Shown: positions 9,795-18,880, counted from the first letter of the stretch. The stretch is DNA of 38,395 nucleotides from an uncultured Ruaniaceae bacterium (GCA_938004115.1 CALKWS010000046.1:1-38395), one strand, 5' to 3'. Notes: a model not told the origin generated them from the sequence alone. Made by a program: numbers and translations.

Positions 9795-10301
9795 GTGACC
9801 TCACGTATCGCCGTCTGCCCTGGATCGTTCGACCCGGTGACCCATGGACACCTCGACGTGGTGCGCCGCGCCGCCACCCTGTACGACGAGGTGATCGTGG
9901 CCGTGGGAATAAATGCGTCCAAGTCGGCGCTGTTGCAGGCTGATGAGCGAGTACGGCTGTTCGAACAGGCCGTGGCCGAGATGGCCAACGTGCGAGTGGA
10001 ACGCATGGACGGGCTGCTCGTGGATCTGTGCCGCGAGCACGGCGCCGACGTCATCGTCAAGGGTCTGCGCGGGGGCGCCGACTTCGACGACGAGCACCCG
10101 ATGGCCGCGATGAACCGGCACCTGAGCGGAGTGGAGACGGTGTTCCTGATCCCCGATGCCACGGTGGCCCACATCTCCTCGTCGATGGTCAAGGACGTCG
10201 CCCGGTACGGGGGCGACATCACCGATCTGGTTCCCGCTCCGGTCGCCGACGTGGTGTACCGGGCGTTCGGGACCCACCCACCGAAGGAGGCTGAGGCATG
10301 A
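9795..10301 (+). CDS. coaD: Phosphopantetheine adenylyltransferase
   Basis: AVCPGSFDPVTHGH, IVKGLR, HISSSMVK; GTG 6 nt after TACGTT. Confidence 0.96.
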   Translation: MTSRIAVCPGSFDPVTHGHLDVVRRAATLYDEVIVAVGINASKSALLQADERVRLFEQAVAEMANVRVERMDGLLVDLCREHGADVIVKGLRGGADFDDEHPMAAMNRHLSGVETVFLIPDATVAHISSSMVKDVARYGGDITDLVPAPVADVVYRAFGTHPPKEAEA

Positions 10302-10900
10302 GCCGCGAATCCGACCCCGGGGCGTCCCTGGTTGCGATCCTGGACGAGTTGGGCGAACTGGTCGCCACCGCCCGGTCGATGCCGATGTCGGCGTCGGCGA
10401 TCGTCAACCGGGCCCAGGTGATGGAACTCATCGACTCGGCCAAGGAGGTGCTGCCCGCGCAGATCTCCCGCGCCGACCGGGTGGTCGCGGACGCCGATGC
10501 GGTGCTGGCCGAGGCACGTAAGCAGGCCGAGGACCTGGTCGAGCGGGCCCACGCCCGCGCCGAGGAACTGATCGCCGAGCAGCGCGTGGTCGCAGAGGCC
10601 AAGGCCAAGGCGGACCGGATCGTGGCCGAGGCGCAAGCAGCCGCAGAGAAACTCGCCCGCGAGGCCGATGACTACTGCGACCGGCAACTGGCGCAGTTCG
10701 AGATCGACCTGAATGCCGTGACCGCCCAAGTGGCCGCCGGCCGGGCGCGTCTGGAGGAACGCGCCCGCAGCCGCGGCCCGGCCGCCACCGACCACACCGC
10801 GCGCGGCGGACCGGGAACGGCGCCGGAATCGAACCACACACCACCGGGCAGCGGCCGCCGTCGCGCCCGGCCTAGTACGGAGGAAGGCGGCAATGACTGA
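10298..10900 (+). CDS. Coiled-coil DivIVA-related protein (SepIVA/Rv2927c-like)
   Basis: LDELGELVATARSMPMSAS N-terminus, Ala/Glu coiled coil, EADDYCDRQLAQFE; conserved position between coaD and DUF177. Confidence 0.8.
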   Translation: MSRESDPGASLVAILDELGELVATARSMPMSASAIVNRAQVMELIDSAKEVLPAQISRADRVVADADAVLAEARKQAEDLVERAHARAEELIAEQRVVAEAKAKADRIVAEAQAAAEKLAREADDYCDRQLAQFEIDLNAVTAQVAAGRARLEERARSRGPAATDHTARGGPGTAPESNHTPPGSGRRRARPSTEEGGND

Positions 10901-11504
10901 CTCACCTTTTGTCGTCAGCACCCGGGACCTGGGCCGCCAGCCCGGGGCCACCCACGCCCTGGAAATGAGCGTCACCAGCACCCACGACATGGGTAACCAG
11001 GTGATCGGCGTGCCCGCGGGCCGCCGGATCGATCTGGACCTGCGACTGGAATCGGTGATGGAGGGCGTACTCGTCACCGGGGTGGCCCGGGCCGAGGCCT
11101 CCGGCGAGTGCGTCCGCTGCCTGCGCCCGGTCGCCGCGGACGTTGCCGTGGACACCACCGAGTTGTTCGTCTACCCCGGGCAGGCCCACCCGGACGCCGA
11201 GGACCTCGGTGCCGATGAGGCACTCCCGGAGGTCCGTGCGGACAGCGTCGATCTGGAACCCACCGTGATCGATGCGGTGGTCACCTCCCTGCCGCTGCGC
11301 CCGCTGTGCGACCCCGCGTGCCCGGGGCTGTGCCCGGAGTGCGGGATCCACCTGGACGAGGCCGAGCCCGATCACGGGCACGACCGCACCGACCCGCGCT
11401 GGGACGCCCTCGCGGCTCTGGCCGGAGTGCTCCAGCAGGACGAGGCCACCGGCCCGGAAACCGACGCGGACAGCGACCTCGGCGGTGAGGTGGGGAGGCA
11501 GTGA
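10893..11504 (+). CDS. DUF177/YceD family metal-binding protein
   Basis: GECVRCL and PLCDPACPGLCPECG Cys motifs, DPRWDAL; lies upstream of rnc. Confidence 0.92.
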   Translation: MTDSPFVVSTRDLGRQPGATHALEMSVTSTHDMGNQVIGVPAGRRIDLDLRLESVMEGVLVTGVARAEASGECVRCLRPVAADVAVDTTELFVYPGQAHPDAEDLGADEALPEVRADSVDLEPTVIDAVVTSLPLRPLCDPACPGLCPECGIHLDEAEPDHGHDRTDPRWDALAALAGVLQQDEATGPETDADSDLGGEVGRQ

Positions 11505-12214
11505 CCGACGGCGACGATGCCGCAGCCCTGCAGGCAGCACTGGGCATCGAGGTGCCGGCTGACCTGTTGGTGCTGGCGCTGACGCACCGGTCGTTCGCCC
11601 ACGAGGCGGGAGGCATCCCCACCAACGAGCGGTTGGAGTTCCTGGGCGATGCCGTCCTGGGCCTGGTGGTCACCGAGCACCTGTACCGCAGTCATGACCA
11701 GGTCGCGGAGGGGGAGATGGCCAAGATGCGTGCGGCCACCGTCTCCCAACGGGCCCTGGCCGCCCGCGCGCGGACGCTGGACCTGGGCCGGTACGTGCTG
11801 TTGGGCAAGGGCGAACTGGCCACCGGCGGCCGGGACAAGGATTCGATCCTCGCCGACACCCTCGAGGCAGTGTTCGGGGCGATCTACCTGTGTCACGGGT
11901 TGGAGGCCACCCGCCAGGTGATCCACCGCGTGGTCGGCGACTCCCTGGAGCAGGCGGCCGGACTGGGCGCCGCCCTGGACTGGAAGACCTCGGTGCAGGA
12001 ACTGGCCGCCCGCGTGGGCCTGGGGGCCCCCGAGTACCGGGTGGTCGGCTCCGGCCCTGACCACGAGCGCACCTTCACCGCCGAACTGGTCCTGGACGGG
12101 ACCGTCTGGGGCAGCGGGGAGGGAACCTCGAAGAAGGTCGCCGAGCAGTACGCCGCCGAGCAGGCCCACACCGCACTGACGGTCGCCTACCCGCAGGAAG
12201 CGGCCCGTGCCTGA
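11501..12214 (+). CDS. rnc: Ribonuclease III
   Basis: ALTHRSF, NERLEFLGDAVLG signature, LADTLEA, C-terminal dsRBD (DWKTSVQE...GPDH...SKKVAEQ). Confidence 0.97.
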   Translation: MTDGDDAAALQAALGIEVPADLLVLALTHRSFAHEAGGIPTNERLEFLGDAVLGLVVTEHLYRSHDQVAEGEMAKMRAATVSQRALAARARTLDLGRYVLLGKGELATGGRDKDSILADTLEAVFGAIYLCHGLEATRQVIHRVVGDSLEQAAGLGAALDWKTSVQELAARVGLGAPEYRVVGSGPDHERTFTAELVLDGTVWGSGEGTSKKVAEQYAAEQAHTALTVAYPQEAARA

Positions 12215-13343
12215 ACTTCCGGAGGTGGAAACCGTCCGGGCGGGGCTGGCCGCACACGTGCTGGGCCGCAGCATCGCCGGCGTGGAGGTCTACTCCCCGA
12301 GGGCAGTGCGCCGCCAGGAGGGCGGCGAGGCGCAGTTCGCGGCGCTGCTGACCGGACGCACCATCCGTGCGGCGGTGCGCCGCGGCAAGTTCTGCTGGTT
12401 GCTGCTGACCGCCCCGGACGGGCACCTGGAGGACCACGCCCTGCTGGCCCACCTGGGCATGAGCGGGCAGTTGCTGGTCCGCAGCGGATCCGGCGGCAGC
12501 CACCGTCACCTACGCGTCCGGCTGTCGATGGACGACGGCGGGCAGGTCTGGTTCGTCGATCAACGCACCTTCGGCTACCTGACGGTAGAGGAACTGGTGC
12601 CCACCGAGGACGGCGGGCCGGGCGGGTTCGCGGGATTCGAACCGGTTCCCGAGGGCGCATCCGGGCCGGACACCCACGCGCCGGCGGGCAGTTCCGGTGG
12701 TCAGGGAGCCGCAACCGGCCAGCGGATCGAGGTGCCGGCGCCGGCCGAAGCGCTGCTCCAGGCCGAGCCGCCGCTGCAGGCAGAAGCCCCGGCGCAGGCC
12801 GAGCCGCCGCTGCCCCACCCCGGTACCCCGTTGGCCCCGGTGCCGCCGCTCCTGCCGCGTGCGGTGGCCCACATCGGTCGGGACCTGCTCGACCCGCTGC
12901 TCGCACCGGGCACGCCGGGACGGGCCGCGCTGAACCTCCGGCTGCGCCGGGGGCGCAGGGACATCAAGCGAGCACTGCTGGACCAGACCCTGACGTCCGG
13001 GATCGGCAACATCTACGCCGACGAGGCGCTGTGGCGGGCGCGGGTGCATTACCTGCGCCGCGCCGATCGGCTCCGCCGCGGGGACGTGGAGGAGATCCTC
13101 GACGCGGCGGCCGAGGTGATGCGCGAGGCGTTAGTCGCCGGCGGCACGAGTTTCGATGCCCTGTACGTCAACGTCGACGGCGACTCGGGGTACTTCGAGC
13201 GGGCGCTGGCGGTGTACGGGCGGGAGGACGAGCCGTGCCCACGGTGCGGAGCACCGGTGGTGCGGGAGTCGTTCATGAACCGGTCCTCGTACTTCTGCCG
13301 GCGGTGCCAGCGCCGTCCCGCACGGGCGCCGCTGGCACAGTAG
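12207..13343 (+). CDS. mutM: Formamidopyrimidine-DNA glycosylase with a long low-complexity linker insertion
   Basis: N-terminal PELPEVE, RRGK, HLGMSG, GIGNIYADEAL (H2TH), zinc finger CPRC...CRRC. Confidence 0.95.
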   Translation: MPELPEVETVRAGLAAHVLGRSIAGVEVYSPRAVRRQEGGEAQFAALLTGRTIRAAVRRGKFCWLLLTAPDGHLEDHALLAHLGMSGQLLVRSGSGGSHRHLRVRLSMDDGGQVWFVDQRTFGYLTVEELVPTEDGGPGGFAGFEPVPEGASGPDTHAPAGSSGGQGAATGQRIEVPAPAEALLQAEPPLQAEAPAQAEPPLPHPGTPLAPVPPLLPRAVAHIGRDLLDPLLAPGTPGRAALNLRLRRGRRDIKRALLDQTLTSGIGNIYADEALWRARVHYLRRADRLRRGDVEEILDAAAEVMREALVAGGTSFDALYVNVDGDSGYFERALAVYGREDEPCPRCGAPVVRESFMNRSSYFCRRCQRRPARAPLAQ

Positions 13344-13358
13344 TTGCGAGCACAGTAA

Positions 13359-13402
13359 CTCACTTGGCCCAGTAGTTCGCTGGCAGAACAACTCGCCGGT
13401 CC
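13359..13402 (+). repeat. Left copy of a 44-bp imperfect direct repeat bounding an accessory block
   Basis: CTCACTTGGCCCAGTAGTTCGCTGGCAGAACAACTCGCCGGTCC; 37/44 ungapped identity to 17802-17845. Confidence 0.85.
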
Positions 13403-13461
13403 GCCGACAGTTGTTCACCGGCCGCTCGTTCGCCTGTTCGGCGGGCATGACCCTGCTCGCG

Positions 13462-14022
13462 TTACGAGGACGGTCTCCCGGTCGAACCTTCGCGCAGTGG
13501 CCGTGAGTACCCCAGGAGCTCGGTCCGGTGCCCGGACGGTGCAGTGTCCACCTCGCGGCCACGCAGGGCGAACCCGGCTGCTTCGAGGACGCGCCGGGAT
13601 GCGGTGTTCTCCGGCAGGGTTCTGGCCGTGAGTTCTTGCAGTCCGCAGTCGCGGGCGAACCGGGCAGCGAGGCCGAGGGCCGAAGCGGTGACGCCCGAGC
13701 CGCGGTGGTCTGGATGGACCCAGAATCCGACTTCGGCGCTGTGGTCGCTGACGTCGAAGATCACGAGGCTGCCGACGAACTGGTCGGTCGCGCCGTCGGC
13801 GATCGCCAGTACGGCGAGGTCGCCTCGCTCCAGACCGGGCGCGACATCACGGTAGATCATCTGCCGCACCGACTCCGGTGTGTACTCGGGTTCGGGCAGG
13901 TGGCCGTACTCTCGCACGCCCGGGTCCTCGGTGCCCTCGGCATAGGCGGCGGCGTCGCCGTGGTGCAGAGGCCGAAGCCTCACCCGGTCGTCCTGCAGGG
14001 GGAGAAGGGTTGAGTCAATCAT
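13462..14022 (-). CDS. GNAT family N-acetyltransferase (RimJ/RimL-like)
   Basis: RVRLRPL, AEVGFWVHPDHRGSG, ENTASRRVLEAAGF. Confidence 0.9.
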   Translation of the reverse strand: MIDSTLLPLQDDRVRLRPLHHGDAAAYAEGTEDPGVREYGHLPEPEYTPESVRQMIYRDVAPGLERGDLAVLAIADGATDQFVGSLVIFDVSDHSAEVGFWVHPDHRGSGVTASALGLAARFARDCGLQELTARTLPENTASRRVLEAAGFALRGREVDTAPSGHRTELLGYSRPLREGSTGRPSS

Positions 14023-14089
14023 GGGCCTCAAGGGTGCGATGAACGCAGCAGACTTGTCGTCGATGGTTGATGCGGAGTCTGTGCCGGTG

Positions 14090-14125
14090 CGACTGCTGCG
14101 GTGGGTGCGGCCACCGTAGCAGTCG
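14090..14125. terminator. Strong hairpin downstream of the membrane-protein gene
   Basis: CGACTGCTGCGGTGG-GTGCGG-CCACCGTAGCAGTCG (15-bp stem, one non-Watson-Crick pair). An outer TGATGCG/CGCATCA pair (14068-14074 with 14134-14140) extends it. Confidence 0.6.
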
Positions 14126-14137
14126 GTGGGAGGCGCA

Positions 14138-14566
14138 TCAGTGGTCGGCGCCGGTCGGGGCTGGACGCACTCCGCGAATTCGCTGCAGACCCAGCGCCAG
14201 CGCTCCGGTGATCAATCCCCAGACAGCGTTGGTGGCCAGCACGTAGACAATGGCAATCGGGTTGGCCAGAGGTCCCTGGAGTTCACCATGCAGTATGGGT
14301 GACAGGACTGCGCTGAGCAGGATCGAGAGCACCGCGTACGTCAATCCCGCGAATACCAGGGTGAGCAGCGGGTTTCGCACGCGGCTCAGGCCCACGATAA
14401 GGATCCACAGCACGCTGATCACGACGGTCAGGATGATCGGCGTCGCGGGCTTGCCCAAGGTGTCGCTGAGCCCGGTGATCGAGAATAACGGGCGGACTAA
14501 GGCCAGCACAGCCAGACCGATGATGAGTGGCACGTTGACGGTGTTCTTCCATGAGTTCGGAGTCAT
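14138..14566 (-). CDS. Small membrane protein with about four TM segments, divergent from the two-component pair
   Basis: 142 aa, four hydrophobic segments; ATG 7 nt after TAGCGT. Confidence 0.8.
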   Translation of the reverse strand: MTPNSWKNTVNVPLIIGLAVLALVRPLFSITGLSDTLGKPATPIILTVVISVLWILIVGLSRVRNPLLTLVFAGLTYAVLSILLSAVLSPILHGELQGPLANPIAIVYVLATNAVWGLITGALALGLQRIRGVRPAPTGADH

Positions 14567-14741
14567 GACCTCAACGCTATGGAGCGATGCCGATTTGCGA
14601 ATCGGTCTGATGTTGACAGTGCAGTAGCGCAGTGTCGCCTCTCGACGTACGCGCAGAGTTTCCCGGAGATGCCACACTGAGGAACAATCGTCTTCTGCTC
14701 TCGGAGTGTCCCGTGCGCACTTCATCCCGTGGGGAGGTGCT

Positions 14742-15926
14742 GTGTCGCAGTCTGCGCCTTCGCCGGAGTCCGAGGTACCGCACTGGGTCTTGAGGGTCCT
14801 GGCCGCCGTAGCGCAGTCGATCTCAGTGGCGCTGATCGTGGCGATCGGCTCCATCGGCAGGGGTGGAGCGCCCGTGGGGGCGTATGTCTTCGCCGTCGGC
14901 TTCGGAGCCTTGCTGCTGTTGGCCCGATGGGTGCCGGTGATGGTGCTGATCGTGTCGATCGCCGGGGTGTTTGCCTACTACATCGCGGACTACCCGCCGA
15001 TCGGGATGGCGGTGCCGGTGGTGGGTGCCTTCTTCGCGGTTGCCGAGCGCGGGCGCGTCCTCGTCGCCGTGATCGCGGGCTTCCTGCTGCTGACCGTAGC
15101 GTTGTACTTCCGTGCTGCCGAAGGAGAACCTAGCGAGGTCCTTGCCTACGAGCTGGTCACGAACGCGGCATTGATCGCCGCGGCGGTGGCATTGGCGCTG
15201 GTGGTCAGGAGTAGGCGTCAGCTGCGCCGGCAGCAAGAACAGCTCGTCGCACTCGAACGGGTGCAGGATCAGCAGCGCGCCGCGCGCCAGGTCGAGGCCG
15301 AGCGCCTGCGCATCGCCAGAGACGTCCACGACTCCATCGGTCATGCGCTGTCTGTGGTGTCCATCCAGGCCAAGGTCGGACAGCAGGCCGTCGGCGCGGA
15401 CGAGGCGGCGGCAGCATCGGCGTTCGACACCATCATCGACACGTCCGCGGACTCGCTCGCCGACCTCCGCCGGACGCTGGCGGTGCTTCGCTCCGACCGG
15501 GATCCCATGGGTAGCGCTCCGCTGTCCGCAGCGGGCCTGGAGAGCATCGCGCGAGCAGCGCGGGATGCCGGTCTGGATGTCGATCTCGTGGTCGACGATG
15601 TCGCGATTCCCGCGTCCGTCGGCAGCGCGGTCTTCCGAATCGTGCAGGAGGCGGTGACTAATGTCTTGCGTCACGCACAGGCACGCTCGGTCGAGATCGC
15701 GGTCCGCGTCACCGGGGACTCGCTGACGGTGGAAGTGGCAGACGATGGAGCCGGCCCGCCTGATCGTGGGCAGGTGGACCGCCTCGGCGAAAGATCTGGC
15801 CGGGGGATCGTAGGAATGCGCGAGCGCGCGCAATCCCTCGGCGGTACTTTGGACGCACATGCGAGCGCCCGGGGATTCGTCGTGTCGGCACAGCTCCCGA
15901 TCCAACCAGCAGCGCAGGAGCGATGA
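14742..15926 (+). CDS. Membrane sensor histidine kinase (HisKA_3/NarL-partner type)
   Basis: N-terminal TMs, ERLRIARDVHDSIGH, QEAVTNVLRHA, VADDG, GRGIVGMRERA; GTG after GGAGG. Confidence 0.92.
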   Translation: MSQSAPSPESEVPHWVLRVLAAVAQSISVALIVAIGSIGRGGAPVGAYVFAVGFGALLLLARWVPVMVLIVSIAGVFAYYIADYPPIGMAVPVVGAFFAVAERGRVLVAVIAGFLLLTVALYFRAAEGEPSEVLAYELVTNAALIAAAVALALVVRSRRQLRRQQEQLVALERVQDQQRAARQVEAERLRIARDVHDSIGHALSVVSIQAKVGQQAVGADEAAAASAFDTIIDTSADSLADLRRTLAVLRSDRDPMGSAPLSAAGLESIARAARDAGLDVDLVVDDVAIPASVGSAVFRIVQEAVTNVLRHAQARSVEIAVRVTGDSLTVEVADDGAGPPDRGQVDRLGERSGRGIVGMRERAQSLGGTLDAHASARGFVVSAQLPIQPAAQER

Positions 15927-15930
15927 CGAC

Positions 15931-16581
15931 GTGATCAGGGTTGTGATCGCCGAGGACGAACCGCTGCTGCGCAGCGGGCTGAGAGCGCTGATCAAGCACG
16001 ACGGGGATATCGAGGTCGTCGCCGAGGCGGATCAGGGCGGTGCTGCACTGGCCCGGACTCGGGAGCTTCGCCCCGATGTCGTGCTGATGGACCTCAGGAT
16101 GCCAGGCATCGACGGCGTGGTCGCGACTCAATTGATCCGCGACGATCCGGCCCTCGACGACGTCCGTATCCTCGTACTGACGACTTTCGGCGAAGAAGAG
16201 ACCGTGTTGGAGGCACTGCGTGCCGGTGCGGCGGGCTATCTGCTCAAGGACGTCGGCGCTGCCGAACTGAGGCAGGCGATCAGAGCGGTGGCCGGCGGGC
16301 AGCATGCGCTGTCGCCAGCGGCGATGTCCGCCGTGATGCAGGCCGCGACCTCTCACAGTGCAACAGAGCCGGGAATCGTCGAAAGTTTGACCCCACGAGA
16401 AGCGGAAGTGCTCGCGGAGATCGGCACTGGATACAGCAACGACGAGATCGCCGAGCGACTGTACATCAGCCCCGCGACCGCACGGACTTACGTCAGTCGA
16501 CTTCTCGCCAAACTTGAGGCTCGCGACCGCGCACAACTAGTCGTCATCGCCCACCGTGCGGGGTTGGTCCGAGGACCGTGA
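15931..16581 (+). CDS. NarL/LuxR family response regulator
   Basis: VVIAEDE, VLMDLRMP, GYLLKD, LTPREAEVL, HTH SNDEIAERLYISPATARTYVS. Confidence 0.93.
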   Translation: MIRVVIAEDEPLLRSGLRALIKHDGDIEVVAEADQGGAALARTRELRPDVVLMDLRMPGIDGVVATQLIRDDPALDDVRILVLTTFGEEETVLEALRAGAAGYLLKDVGAAELRQAIRAVAGGQHALSPAAMSAVMQAATSHSATEPGIVESLTPREAEVLAEIGTGYSNDEIAERLYISPATARTYVSRLLAKLEARDRAQLVVIAHRAGLVRGP

Positions 16582-16595
16582 ACACGAGCAACCAG

Positions 16596-16622
16596 GCGGC
16601 ACCTGACATCGTCAGGTGCTGC
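16596..16622. terminator. Hairpin between the convergent response regulator and hydrolase genes
   Basis: GCGGCACCTGAC-ATC-GTCAGGTGCTGC. Confidence 0.65.
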
Positions 16623-16660
16623 TGCGAAGCACCGGCTCAACGCGGACGGTAGATCGACAT

Positions 16661-17542
16661 TCAGTTGTCGATGACGTCCGACGTGCGCGCCTGCTCGGTC
16701 AGGAATTCGCGTACGACCGCTGCGTATTCACGGGGCCGCTCGACTGGCACGAAGTGCCCGGCTCTTGCGATCACACTCAGTCGCCCTTGCGGCACGGTTG
16801 CGGCAGCCTCTCGCGGGTACCGAAGCAGCACCGCCGCGTCGTCCTCGCCGTGTACGAATAGCACCGGTTGGGTGAGCTCGTGGATCCGATTCATGAAGTT
16901 CACCCGATGATGGCGGGGCGCGGTCTCGAACCGGTTCCAGTCGCAGAAGACATGACCACCGTGCTCGCGTTTGGTGCGGAGTTCCTCGGCGGCGAGATCG
17001 GCCAGGGTTTCTATATCCGCTGACGAGAGGTATTCGGCATAAGCCAGTTTGGTGCGCACCCACTTACGGATGGACTGCGCGGAGATTCCGCGGGCGATCA
17101 GCCAGGACACCGGTGTGCGCAGTGAAAGCCAGGCGAGTTCATGATTCTCCAGCCGGTGCTGGAGTCCACCTGCTGAGGTGGGCACCAGGCGGTGCACTCG
17201 TTCGGGGTGGCGCAAGGCGTATCCCAACGCAGTGGCCGCTCCGAGCGAGAGTCCGATGAGAGTCGCCGTATCGACTTCCCAGTGATCCATCATTGCAGCC
17301 AGCATGTCCTCCTGGCCACGCTGGTCAGCCCTCGCACGCCACGGCCAGCTCTGCCCGTGTTTGGGGTGATCGGGCACATACACGCGGTGATCGGCCGCGA
17401 GATCCGGGGCGAGCCAGCGCCACATCCAGGCCCCGTTGTCAATGCCGCCACCGTGCAGCAGGACCACCGGCGGCCCGGAGTCACCGAGAATCCGGTAGTG
17501 GATCGTTCCATTGGTCAATTCGGCGGTGTGGCGGGTGATCAT
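16661..17542 (-). CDS. Alpha/beta-fold hydrolase
   Basis: PPVVLLHGGG, nucleophile elbow GLSLG, acid in HGEDD, catalytic His in AGHF. Confidence 0.92.
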   Translation of the reverse strand: MITRHTAELTNGTIHYRILGDSGPPVVLLHGGGIDNGAWMWRWLAPDLAADHRVYVPDHPKHGQSWPWRARADQRGQEDMLAAMMDHWEVDTATLIGLSLGAATALGYALRHPERVHRLVPTSAGGLQHRLENHELAWLSLRTPVSWLIARGISAQSIRKWVRTKLAYAEYLSSADIETLADLAAEELRTKREHGGHVFCDWNRFETAPRHHRVNFMNRIHELTQPVLFVHGEDDAAVLLRYPREAAATVPQGRLSVIARAGHFVPVERPREYAAVVREFLTEQARTSDVIDN

Positions 17543-17778
17543 GTGGGAGACGGTGTGACCGCCATCGGCAATGGCGAGGTTCCGGGAATCCGGAGACCTC
17601 TGGTGCGCGGTGATCGCAGCCGGATCGATAGCCCCGTCGCTGCGCCGCCGGCTACCCGCAGGGTGGGACGTTCTGCCGATGCATATCCGGAATGCTGTGG
17701 TGCAGATCTCCCAGCCCGGTACAGCCGCACGGAGCCGCCGAGGACGTTCGGGCCCGTTCGGGGCTCAAAGGTGGCCAT
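17539..17778 (-). pseudogene. Possible remnant of a second alpha/beta hydrolase (79-codon ORF)
   Basis: Good SD (AAAGGGGA). The start VLGGSVRLYRAGRSAP resembles the neighbour's LTNGTIHYRILGDSGP, after which similarity stops. Stop overlaps the hydrolase start (ATGA). Confidence 0.35.
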
Positions 17779-17801
17779 CAGGTCCCCTTTGGATAGTCGG
17801 G

Positions 17802-17845
17802 CTCGCTTGCCCCAGTAGTTCACCGGCGCAGCAACTCGCCGGTCC
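17802..17845 (+). repeat. Right copy of the 44-bp imperfect direct repeat
   Basis: CTCGCTTGCCCCAGTAGTTCACCGGCGCAGCAACTCGCCGGTCC; matches 13359-13402. Confidence 0.85.
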
Positions 17846-17938
17846 AGTGGTTTTCGCCGGCACGGCAGTATGCCTGCGACAGTGATTCGCCGGTGATGCC
17901 GGCGGGAGGCCCGGCAGACCCGTGGCCGCGGTCGGCGG

Positions 17939-18880
17939 TCAGGCCCGGTCGGAGGACGAGCGGGACGTGGAGGGCCGGGTGGCGGACCGTCCTTCACGGA
18001 TCAGGGCGGCCTGCCCGCGGTCCACGCGCCGCCCGAGCACGAACAGTCCGAGCACGATCACCGCGCCGAGCAGGAACATCCCGATCGCCAGACCCACCTG
18101 CCCGTCCGGCGGCAGCAGTTCACGTCCCTCGCCCTGCCACGGCCACAGCGCGCGCAGCGCGCCGGCCACCACTCCGGTGAGCACCACGAGGGTGATCTGC
18201 CGGCGGTGGCTCAGCAGCCATTGCAGGGCCTTGACGAAGAGCGCGAACCCGGTGAACGCTCCGGCCACGAACACCGCCACATAGCCCACGTCGCGGTTGT
18301 TCAGTGCCTCGAGCGTGGGCTCGTACAGTCCGAGGGTGAGCAGGATGAACGCGCCGGACGTGCCGGGCAGCACCAGGGCGCACACCGCGACCGCCGCGGC
18401 GATGAACACCACCGGGGCCGCCGGCGTCAGGTTCCCCGGGGGCAGCCCGACCAGCACGAACACCCCCACGGCAACCGCGACGGCCACCAGCACCTGACCG
18501 GCCGTCCACCTGGTGCCCTTCATCGTGATCGGCACGATGATCGCCGTCGCCGTCATCCCCAGGAACAGCGCCCACATCGGCACCGGGTGATCCTCCACCA
18601 ACGGTGCCAGCACCCGCGCGGCGATCAGGAGCGCCGGCACCATGCCCAGCACCAGCGGGACGATCACCCCCCAGTGGGCGGCGGCGAACTCCTCCCGGGC
18701 ACGTGCGCGATCGGTGAACAACGCCTTCAACCCGCTGACGACGTGCCCGGCGGAGGTGATGATCGATTCGTAGACCCCGGTGACCAGCGCGATCGTGCCG
18801 CCGCTGATGCCGGGCATGATCTCCGCGGTGCCGATCAGGGCGCCGCGGATGAAGGTGTACAAGGTACGCAGGATGGGCAC
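17939..18880 (-). CDS. DUF368 family membrane protein
   Basis: GALIGTAEIMPGISGGTIALVTGVY and second repeat CALVLPGTSGAFILLTLGLY; LRALWPW. Confidence 0.9.
   Translation of the reverse strand: MPILRTLYTFIRGALIGTAEIMPGISGGTIALVTGVYESIITSAGHVVSGLKALFTDRARAREEFAAAHWGVIVPLVLGMVPALLIAARVLAPLVEDHPVPMWALFLGMTATAIIVPITMKGTRWTAGQVLVAVAVAVGVFVLVGLPPGNLTPAAPVVFIAAAVAVCALVLPGTSGAFILLTLGLYEPTLEALNNRDVGYVAVFVAGAFTGFALFVKALQWLLSHRRQITLVVLTGVVAGALRALWPWQGEGRELLPPDGQVGLAIGMFLLGAVIVLGLFVLGRRVDRGQAALIREGRSATRPSTSRSSSDRA

Noticed and set aside
13335-13440. Possible CRISPR array or integron attC sites at the block edges, and the hairpin at 14068-14140
   Set aside because: Units are short and degenerate without spacers. 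The hairpin lacks properly placed RYYYAAC/GTTRRRY ends, and no integrase is present.
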